Part shown: positions 1-7,334 of the stretch, in pieces
How positions within the stretch are numbered: the stretch's first letter is position 1
Layout of the letters: the number at the start of each line of letters is the position of its first letter
Sequence record: SRR20825006_248
DNA: 37,533 nucleotides
Reading direction: 5' to 3' (one strand)
Program-made: the position numbers and the translations under genes
The notes under the pieces: model-generated
What the model was told of the DNA's origin: nothing
The model's input: only the letters and a program-made list of their open reading frames with translations
Database searches by the model: none

Positions 1-501
1 ATTTTCGTGACCCACGACCAGGGCGAGGCGTTGACCCTGTCGGACCGCGTCGCGGTCATGCGCGACGGCAAGATCGCGCAGGTGGACACGGCGCAGGACA
101 TTTATGACCGCCCATCAACGCGTTACGTGGCCGAGTTCATCGGGCGTACGAACCTGTTCGAGATTGAACAGGGCCAAGGAAACGGCTGGTCGATTGCGGC
201 GCTTGGCACGCAGATGGCACCTCTGGACGGCCACGGCGCCGCCGGACGCACACTGTCGGTGCGGCCCGAGAAAATCCGCCAGATCGGGCTGGGCGATCCC
301 GATGCGTCAGTCGTCTTTGATGCCCGTGTGACCGACGTCGTATTTCAGGGTGACCATGTCCAATACCAGGCGGTCACCAGTGGCGGCGCGCCTTTGACAT
401 TCCAGGAACACCGTGGCCATGGCGCCCGACTGCAACAGGCTGGCGATGCGCTGCGCCTGGGCTTTGATGTGGCCGACGCGGTGCCTGTGCAGAACCAATA
501 A
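1..501 (+). CDS. ABC transporter ATP-binding subunit, PotA/MalK type (5' truncated)
   Basis: Frame is open from base 1: [20 protein letters not shown] (H-loop), then [15 protein letters not shown] and a TOBE-like C-terminus (SVRPEKI...VFQG). Followed by a binding protein and two permeases. Confidence 0.93.
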   Translation: MFVTHDQGEALTLSDRVAVMRDGKIAQVDTAQDIYDRPSTRYVAEFIGRTNLFEIEQGQGNGWSIAALGTQMAPLDGHGAAGRTLSVRPEKIRQIGLGDPDASVVFDARVTDVVFQGDHVQYQAVTSGGAPLTFQEHRGHGARLQQAGDALRLGFDVADAVPVQNQ

Positions 502-548
502 CAACAAAAACAAGAAGCGAAACCAACATATAAACCGGAGGATAAACA

Positions 549-1610
549 ATGACCTACAAGCTAAAGCTTATGCCCGCCGCAGCGGTCACAATTGCACTGC
601 TGACCGGACCTGCGCTGGCGCAGGACAAAGTGCTGACCATCGCCGGATCGGGCGGCGCCGTCAAAGACGCCACCGAACAGATCTTTTTGCCGGCTTTCAC
701 CGAAGCGACCGGCTGGAGCACCAAATTTGTCGCCGCCGAAAGCAACATCATGCTGGAAGTCGAGACAATGCTGAAGGCAGGCAACATGCTGTATGATGCC
801 ATGGAAGTGTCTGCCAGCAACTATCCCATCGGCGTACAGAGCGGCTTTCTTGCCCCCATCGACTATGCGCTTCTGGACCCGGACAACACCTTGCCGGAAG
901 CTGCGAAAAAGGAATTCGGCGTCGTTGCCGCAGCCTATTCCACGGTTCTGGTGCAGCGTCTGGACAAGAACCCCGAAGGGCGCAAAATGGAGAGCTGGGC
1001 CGATTTCTGGGACACTGAAACCTTCCCCGGTCCACGTTCCTTGAAACGTCAGCCACAATACACGCTGGAATTTGCCCTGCTGGCAGATGGTGTTGCCAAG
1101 GACCAGCTTTACGAGGTTTTGGGCACCGACGAAGGGCTAGACCGCGCTTTTGCCAAGCTGGACGAGATCAAGGATTCAATCCCCGTCTGGTGGACCTCGG
1201 GCGCGCAATCGGTGCAACTGCTGTCGGATGGAGAGGTGTTCTATTCGACCACCTACAACGGCCGTGTGACCAAGCTGCAAGAAAGCGGCATTCCGGCGGA
1301 AATCATGTGGAACGGTGGCGCGTTGCACACCAGCTATGTGGGCATCCCCAAGGGTGCGCCCAACTACGAAATGGCGCATGAATGGATCCGCGTGCGCACC
1401 ATGCGTCCCGAGTTGGAAGCGGAGTACGTGAAGTTCCTGCCGTACCCCAACTTTGCCCCCGGTCTGTTCGATACGATGACCGAAGAGCAGGCCGCGCAAA
1501 TGCCAACGTTCAAAGCCAACGCAGACGCGCAGTTCGTCGCCGATGAAGAGTTCTGGGCGGCCAACATCGACCGCATCCAGGAACGTTTTGACGAATGGCT
1601 GCTGTTCTAA
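549..1610 (+). CDS. ABC transporter substrate-binding protein, PotD/PotF (polyamine/opine) family
   Basis: GGAGG RBS; signal peptide ending ALA-Q; motifs SWADFWD..FPGPRSL, LEFALLADGV, RAFAKLDEIK, WWTSGAQSVQLL. Confidence 0.9.
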   Translation: MTYKLKLMPAAAVTIALLTGPALAQDKVLTIAGSGGAVKDATEQIFLPAFTEATGWSTKFVAAESNIMLEVETMLKAGNMLYDAMEVSASNYPIGVQSGFLAPIDYALLDPDNTLPEAAKKEFGVVAAAYSTVLVQRLDKNPEGRKMESWADFWDTETFPGPRSLKRQPQYTLEFALLADGVAKDQLYEVLGTDEGLDRAFAKLDEIKDSIPVWWTSGAQSVQLLSDGEVFYSTTYNGRVTKLQESGIPAEIMWNGGALHTSYVGIPKGAPNYEMAHEWIRVRTMRPELEAEYVKFLPYPNFAPGLFDTMTEEQAAQMPTFKANADAQFVADEEFWAANIDRIQERFDEWLLF

Positions 1611-1689
1611 CCAGCGCCATGCCGGCGCGCCCCTGGATGTGGCGCGTCGGATACCGATCCCTTTTCCTTACAAGCGTGGGCCACATCGC

Positions 1690-2523
1690 ATGAAGCGTAT
1701 TTCCCTGATCTGGTTGCTGCTGCCTGCTGTTTTGCTGCTGGCCGCATTCATCGTGATGCCCACGTTCGATCTGATCCGTGCCAGCATCTTTGACCCCGAT
1801 TTCACCATCAAACATTTTCAGCGACTGGTCGAACGCGGTGTCTATATCGACGTGATGTGGCGCACGGTGCGGGTGTCGTTGATCGTGGCGGTGATTTGCA
1901 CAATCGTCGGCTATCCCGTTGCGATGTTCATCAACTTGCAACCCAAGAAACGTCAGGTTGCGTTGCTGTTCCTGATCCTGATCCCGATGTGGATGTCGGT
2001 CCTGATCCGCACATTCGCGTGGATCGTGGTGCTGGGCCGCGAGGGGCTGATCAACGATCTGATGATCGGGCTGGGCATGACGGACGGTCCTGTGCAGATG
2101 CTCTATACCTCGGGCACGGTGATCACTGCGATGGTGCAGATCATGCTGCCGATCCAGATCATCACCTGTTATTCCGCCATGACCGAGATCGACCTGGACC
2201 TGATGCGCGCTGCGCGGGTGCTGGGGGCACGCCGCTGGCAGGCGCTGACGCGGGTGTACCTGCCGCTTAGCTATGACGGCACGCTGACCGGTCTGGTGAT
2301 CGTGTTCATGATGTCGATGGGGTTCTTTATCACGCCGGCGCTGCTGGGCGGACGTCAGGATATGATGATCGCCAACCTGATCGAATTTCAGGTGCAACAC
2401 CTGAACTGGAGCTTTGCCGCCGCCATCGGGATTGTCCTGCTGGTGCTGACCGTGTCGATGATTTTGCTGCTGCGCTGGACCGGACGGTTCGCGTTCCGGC
2501 GTCTGCTGAACGTGGGGAGATAA
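1690..2523 (+). CDS. ABC transporter permease, PotB type
   Basis: Hydrophobic protein with SVLIRTFAW, EAA-like loop (LMRAARVLGA) and FFITPALLGG. Start moved to ATG 1690 because the longer ORF overlaps the upstream gene. Confidence 0.9.
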   Translation: MKRISLIWLLLPAVLLLAAFIVMPTFDLIRASIFDPDFTIKHFQRLVERGVYIDVMWRTVRVSLIVAVICTIVGYPVAMFINLQPKKRQVALLFLILIPMWMSVLIRTFAWIVVLGREGLINDLMIGLGMTDGPVQMLYTSGTVITAMVQIMLPIQIITCYSAMTEIDLDLMRAARVLGARRWQALTRVYLPLSYDGTLTGLVIVFMMSMGFFITPALLGGRQDMMIANLIEFQVQHLNWSFAAAIGIVLLVLTVSMILLLRWTGRFAFRRLLNVGR

Positions 2524-2527
2524 GCCG

Positions 2528-3322
2528 ATGCGTGTGATGCAAACCTCGCGGATGCTGGCCGTCTATTTCTGGGCCATGGTGGTCTATCTGATCTTTCCGA
2601 TCCTGATCGTCCTGCCGGTGTCATTTTCTGATAACGAATTGCTGCGCTTTCCGCCGACCGCGTTTTCGTTGCGCTGGTATCAGTCCTATTTCAACGATCC
2701 CGTCTGGGTCGATGCCACGCTGATCTCGTTCCGGGTGGCAGTGGTGTCGATGGTCATCTCGACCACCGCAGGCACGCTGGCGGCCCTTGCGATCAACGCA
2801 GCCCCCAAGCGCCTGGCCGGGCCGCTGACCTATGGCGCGACCTTGCCGATTGTCATTCCGCACATCTTTATCGCTCTGGGCGTGTTCATCCTGGCGATCC
2901 GTTCCGGGCTGACGGACAACGAAATGATGCTGGCGCTGGCCCATGCCGCTGTTGCCATGCCCTTTGTGGTGCTGATCACCAGTGCGGCCATCCGCCAGAT
3001 CGATCCGACCATTGCCCGTGCCGCACGGGTGCTGGGTGCCGGACCACTGCGTGCCTTTCGCGTGGCGACCCTGCCACCGCTGATCCCGGCGATTGTGGCG
3101 GCTGCGATCTTTGCCTTTTTCGTCAGCTTTGACGAACTGATTATTGCCCAGTTCCTCATGAAAGGCTCGGAAACGCTGCCCATGCGCATCTGGGCCGACC
3201 TGCGGCTGGACTTCAACCCGACCGTGGCGGCGGTGTCGACCTTGCTGATCGTGGTGACATCGCTGGCCATGGGCGTGGCCGAAACCCTGCGACGGCGCGC
3301 GGCGCGCACGCTGGCCCCTTAA
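2528..3322 (+). CDS. ABC transporter permease, PotC type
   Basis: FPPTAFSLRWY, EAA-like loop (ARAARVLGA), SFDELII and ETLPMRIW. Confidence 0.9.
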   Translation: MRVMQTSRMLAVYFWAMVVYLIFPILIVLPVSFSDNELLRFPPTAFSLRWYQSYFNDPVWVDATLISFRVAVVSMVISTTAGTLAALAINAAPKRLAGPLTYGATLPIVIPHIFIALGVFILAIRSGLTDNEMMLALAHAAVAMPFVVLITSAAIRQIDPTIARAARVLGAGPLRAFRVATLPPLIPAIVAAAIFAFFVSFDELIIAQFLMKGSETLPMRIWADLRLDFNPTVAAVSTLLIVVTSLAMGVAETLRRRAARTLAP

Positions 3323-3354
3323 TCCTGAAATTCCCAACTCCCGAGGACGACCTT

Positions 3355-4143
3355 ATGACCATCAGATATGAAAAAGACGGCCACGTCGCGACCATCACCA
3401 TCGACAACGGCAAGGTGAACGCCTTTACCCCCGAGATGCACAAACAGCTGCATGACATCATGCAGGAGTTCATGGCAGACCGTTCGGTGCACGTGGGCAT
3501 CCTGACCGGCGCCGGAACCAAGGCGTTCTGTGCAGGCGACGACATTAAAACCCCCAACGGCGCGCAGCCGCCCGAGGATGCGCTGGCGGCGCATTTCTTT
3601 CCCTCGACCGACGAGGACACAAACTTGCGTCCCGGCTGGGAGCGTGAGTTGCGCAAGATGGAACGCTACAAGCCGATCATCGGCGCGATCAACGGGCCTG
3701 CGTTGGGCATGGGCGCGATCTACATGCTGAACCTGACTGACATTCGCGTGGCAGCACCACACGCCTTCATCGGACTGCCCGAGATTGCCTATGGGATGGC
3801 AGGGGCAGGGGGCTCGACCCAACTGGCCAAACACGTCCCGCCCGCCGTGGCGCATTGGATGGTGCTGTTGGGCGAACGGATGCCCGCCGAGGATTGTCTG
3901 AAATACGCGCTCTATAACGAGGTGAAGCCGGCCGAAGAGGTGCTGCCGCGTGCCCGCGAACTGGCCGACAAGATCGCCGCCTTGCCGCCGATTTCGGTGC
4001 GCGTCGAGATGGAAGTGACCAAAAAGGCGATGGACCTGCCCAAGGCGGATGCGCTCAGCCTGTCTGCGCATCTGTACCGCCTGCAACGCGCGGCGTTCTG
4101 GGCCAGTGGTGAATATGGCGGCACGCCGCTGAGTGAGGAATAA
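3355..4143 (+). CDS. Enoyl-CoA hydratase/isomerase (crotonase) family protein
   Basis: GAGG RBS; VNAFT, LTGAGTKAFCAGDD, KPIIGAINGPALG and GLPEI crotonase motifs. Confidence 0.9.
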   Translation: MTIRYEKDGHVATITIDNGKVNAFTPEMHKQLHDIMQEFMADRSVHVGILTGAGTKAFCAGDDIKTPNGAQPPEDALAAHFFPSTDEDTNLRPGWERELRKMERYKPIIGAINGPALGMGAIYMLNLTDIRVAAPHAFIGLPEIAYGMAGAGGSTQLAKHVPPAVAHWMVLLGERMPAEDCLKYALYNEVKPAEEVLPRARELADKIAALPPISVRVEMEVTKKAMDLPKADALSLSAHLYRLQRAAFWASGEYGGTPLSEE

Positions 4144-4148
4144 GCAAG

Positions 4149-5819
4149 ATGGATACGACCCTAGATTATGGCGTGGCCGGTATGCAGGCGCTTCGCGCGC
4201 AGGCCGAGGCCGCGACATATCCCGAAACACTGGGCGCGCTGATCGACGATGCCGCAGCGCGCAACGGCGATCAGATGCTGGCCAAATGGATCACGGACGG
4301 GCAGACCATGACCTATGCCGAATATGCCCGTCTGACCCGCAAACTGGCGTCCTCTCTGGAAGCACAGGGCATTCGCAAGGGCACCCATGTGGGCGTGATG
4401 CTGCCCAATGTGCCGGCCTTTGTGGTGACATGGGGGGCGCTGGCGCGGATCGGGGCGGTGATGATCCCCGTGAACATTTCGTACACGGAAACCGAGCTGA
4501 AGTTCGTGCTGACCGACGCCGATGCGCAGTTTATCGTGATGGATCAATCCGTTGTGCCGGTTTGGGAAGCAATGGCCGAGAAGCCTGCATTGGTCAATGA
4601 TGCGCGGGTGATTGTCCATGGTGGTACTCGCGAAGGATCACAGGACTGGCAGGCGTTGTTGGAAGCGGGTGACCCGGATTATGTTGCAACTTCAACGATT
4701 TCGCGGACGGACTTGTTGAACCTGCAATATACCTCCGGCACCACGGGCTTTCCCAAGGGCTGTATGCTGAGCCATGAATACTGGATCTTGCTGGGGTCGT
4801 TGGCCGCCAAGTTCCGCGGGCGCGGCGGAGATGTGAAGAACGTCCTGATCAACGCGCCGTTCTTCTACATGGACCCGATGTGGCAGTTCATTATGACGAT
4901 GGTGCTGGACGGCACCGCCAAGATCGCGCCACGTATCAGTTTAAGCAATCTTTACAACTGGTTGGTGGACGAAGACATTCACTATTGCATCTTTCCGCAG
5001 CCGGGCTTGAAAGCCTGGCCCGAAGGACCTGAAGATCGCAAGATAAACCTCAGATATGTCTCGATTTTCGGCTGGTCCGTTGAGGCACGCGAAGAAGCAG
5101 AACGTCGCTTTGGCTGCGTGGCACGCGAGAGCTTTGGCATGACCGAAATCGGTGGCGGTTTGATGGTGCCGCCCGAGGCTGGCCCAAAGGCCTATCAGCG
5201 CACCTGTGGCATTCCGGCGGCATTCCGCGAGGCACGGATCGTGGGCGATACCGGCCAGGACGTGGCCCAGGGCGAGATTGGCGAGCTGTGGATCGCAGGC
5301 CGTGGATTGCTCTGGGGCTATTACAAACGCCCGGACGCCAACGCGACAGGCTTTTCAGGGCGCTGGTTCCGCACCGGCGATCTGTTCCGGCAGGACGCTG
5401 ACGGGTTCTACTACATCGTGGGCCGGATCAAGGACATGATCCGCCGCGCGGGCGAAAACGTGGCTGCCCAAGAGGTCGAGGCCGCTGTGGTGTCGATGGA
5501 AGGTGTCTGGGAAGTCGCAGCCGTCGGCGTGCCGGACAAGATGCGCGGACAAGAGGTGATGGTGGTGATCCGTCCACGCGAGGGCGTGACACCGGACCAG
5601 ATTGATCCAGAGGCGGTCATCGCACATTGCGCGTCACGTCTGGCCAAGTTCAAGACGCCGCGGTTCATCAAATACATCGATGATTTCGAGCGCACGGTGT
5701 CCGGCAAGATCGTCAAACGCGCACTGGTGGACGAAAAGACCAATCCACGTGTCGGTGCCTGGGATCGCACGGTGGGCAAGGTTCTGGACCAATCCGAGGC
5801 AGATGCGCAAACAGCATAG
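4149..5819 (+). CDS. AMP-dependent acyl-CoA ligase, CaiC (crotonobetaine/carnitine-CoA ligase)-like
   Basis: YTSGTTGFPKG P-loop, FGMTE, WFRTGD, GRIKDMIRRAGENV and terminal TVSGKI lysine. Confidence 0.9.
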   Translation: MDTTLDYGVAGMQALRAQAEAATYPETLGALIDDAAARNGDQMLAKWITDGQTMTYAEYARLTRKLASSLEAQGIRKGTHVGVMLPNVPAFVVTWGALARIGAVMIPVNISYTETELKFVLTDADAQFIVMDQSVVPVWEAMAEKPALVNDARVIVHGGTREGSQDWQALLEAGDPDYVATSTISRTDLLNLQYTSGTTGFPKGCMLSHEYWILLGSLAAKFRGRGGDVKNVLINAPFFYMDPMWQFIMTMVLDGTAKIAPRISLSNLYNWLVDEDIHYCIFPQPGLKAWPEGPEDRKINLRYVSIFGWSVEAREEAERRFGCVARESFGMTEIGGGLMVPPEAGPKAYQRTCGIPAAFREARIVGDTGQDVAQGEIGELWIAGRGLLWGYYKRPDANATGFSGRWFRTGDLFRQDADGFYYIVGRIKDMIRRAGENVAAQEVEAAVVSMEGVWEVAAVGVPDKMRGQEVMVVIRPREGVTPDQIDPEAVIAHCASRLAKFKTPRFIKYIDDFERTVSGKIVKRALVDEKTNPRVGAWDRTVGKVLDQSEADAQTA

Positions 5820-5825
5820 TTTGGG

Positions 5826-5859
5826 TGAGCATTATCAGGTATCGCACTGATAATGCTCA
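5826..5859. terminator. Perfect 13-bp inverted repeat with 8-nt spacer between convergent genes; probable terminator hairpin
   Basis: TGAGCATTATCAG-gtatcgca-CTGATAATGCTCA, 6 nt after the ligase stop codon. No clear poly-U tail. Confidence 0.5.
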
Positions 5860-5865
5860 ATCCAT

Positions 5866-5893
5866 ATATTACATAATATGGATTATACGTTTA
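5866..5893 (-). other. dif-like XerC/XerD recombination site
   Basis: Minus strand reads TAAACGTATAA-TCCATA-TTATGTAATAT (11-6-11). It matches E. coli dif GGTGCGCATAATGTATATTATGTTAAAT at 19/28 positions (XerD arm 9/11), is intergenic and AT-rich, and KOPS motifs converge on it. Confidence 0.75.
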
Positions 5894-5938
5894 ACTGATG
5901 CGCCTTTGACCACGTCCCCCATTTCTTGCGAGCAGCAC

Positions 5939-6877
5939 TTAAGTGAGCAGCAGATAAACGCTGGACGCGATGATCCACAGCGACGCCAACGTCTTGAGCC
6001 ACAGCGATCCCAGGACCTGCGCGATCTGCTTGGCCAGGAAACCGCCGATGATCGCCCCCGGTATCGCGATCAGAGCGATCTCGATCCGCACCTGTCCTGA
6101 CAGCAGATTGTCCCAGACGCCGCAGATCACACAGACCACGGACACCCAGACCGCGACCGCGATGGCGACCTTGGTCGGGAACTTCTTGAGGATCAGGAAG
6201 ATCGCCAGAAACTCACCGATGCCCACCGAGAACAGCGCTGTGACCGCACCACCGATGATTCCCAGCCCCAGCAGCACCCACAGCTCGCCGGGCGTGACAT
6301 GCAGCTTGCGCTGGTATGCCGGTTGCCTGCGCTGCGCCCAGGTGAACAGCAACAGCACAGTTCCCAGCAACAGCGAGAAGATCTTGAAATAGAAGATCAG
6401 GCTTTTGCCGTCCACGCTGACAAGATTCTGCGTCAGCAGCAACGCCGGTATCCCCGTGGCCAATGGAGCAGCCGTCAGCGCCAGCAGCGTGTGCGGCGCG
6501 ATTTTTTCGTCCCAGGCCAGCGTATCCTTCACAAAAATCGCCCTGCCCCAGACCAGCGCGCCGACAGACATGCCAAAGCATTGAATCATAAAGGAAACGC
6601 CAACGGATTCCTGTGGTGACAGTGATGCGAGAGTTTGCAGTTCGGGCGGCACCATGATGCCGCCTTTTTCCAGTGCGGTGAACACCGGAACGAACACCAC
6701 GCCGCCGCCGGTGCCCGTTGCGTTGGCGATGATCGCGCCCATGATGCCCACGGGGAAGAAGAACCACAGCCCGCTGACCACCTCTGTTGTCAGGTCCGAC
6801 GCCTGCATAAGCCAGACATAGGCAATCGCCAATGCGGCCAGATGTACAGGCGTCCAGAGGCGCATAAAGGCCGCCAT
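5939..6877 (-). CDS. TauE/SafE (sulfite exporter, DUF81) family permease
   Basis: Multi-TM protein with two Gly-rich repeats (AIIANATGTGGGVVFVP; VTALFSVGIGEFL) and AIPGAIIGGFLA. ATG 6877 lies 1 nt after the upstream stop. Confidence 0.75.
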   Translation of the reverse strand: MAAFMRLWTPVHLAALAIAYVWLMQASDLTTEVVSGLWFFFPVGIMGAIIANATGTGGGVVFVPVFTALEKGGIMVPPELQTLASLSPQESVGVSFMIQCFGMSVGALVWGRAIFVKDTLAWDEKIAPHTLLALTAAPLATGIPALLLTQNLVSVDGKSLIFYFKIFSLLLGTVLLLFTWAQRRQPAYQRKLHVTPGELWVLLGLGIIGGAVTALFSVGIGEFLAIFLILKKFPTKVAIAVAVWVSVVCVICGVWDNLLSGQVRIEIALIAIPGAIIGGFLAKQIAQVLGSLWLKTLASLWIIASSVYLLLT

Positions 6878-6878
6878 C

Positions 6879-7334
6879 TCAGAGCTTGCCCAACTGGCCC
6901 GCCTTGAACCGCCAGCGGATGAAGAACACCGAAATCGGTCCCAGCAGCGCAAGGAAGGATGGGATGAACACGGTTGCGAAATGGGACGAGGCCATGATCA
7001 ACCCCTCCGTGCCTGCCAGAGCGTCCGCAGGCAGCCAGGGGATCAGTCCCGCACGCGCGGCCCACAGCACGACAGCGAATTCGACAATGGAAAAGAAGAA
7101 TTGATAGGCAAAGGGCCAGTCGCGGTCCCAGCGCAGTTTTTGCAGGCCGATATAGACCACATCCATCAGCAGGCCAAAGCCGGTGACCGTGGCCAGCACC
7201 GTCAGCAGGAACGAAAAAATCAAGTCCCAGTACAGGGGCAGCCACAGCCACGAAAACAGCGCTGTCAGCGGAATGCCCAGCAGCACGAACAGCAACAGGC
7301 GCGTCTGTATACGCCCCGCAAGCGTCGGAATCAT
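6879..7334 (-). CDS. Uncharacterised membrane protein, about 4 TM helices (151 aa)
   Basis: ATGA start/stop overlap with the upstream gene at 7331-7334. Begins MIPTLAGRIQTRLLL, with hydrophobic segments and a polar loop QKLRWDRDWP. Confidence 0.8.
   Translation of the reverse strand: MIPTLAGRIQTRLLLFVLLGIPLTALFSWLWLPLYWDLIFSFLLTVLATVTGFGLLMDVVYIGLQKLRWDRDWPFAYQFFFSIVEFAVVLWAARAGLIPWLPADALAGTEGLIMASSHFATVFIPSFLALLGPISVFFIRWRFKAGQLGKL

Noticed and set aside
1611-1689. Short GC-rich inverted repeats after the binding-protein gene as an sRNA or riboswitch
   Set aside because: Only 5-6-bp stems with no recognisable conserved motif; at most an mRNA-stabilising structure.
5859-5884. Second inverted repeat AATCCATAT-N8-ATATGGATT as an independent hairpin
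   Set aside because: It overlaps the dif-like site and is AT-rich and weak, so it is not called separately.
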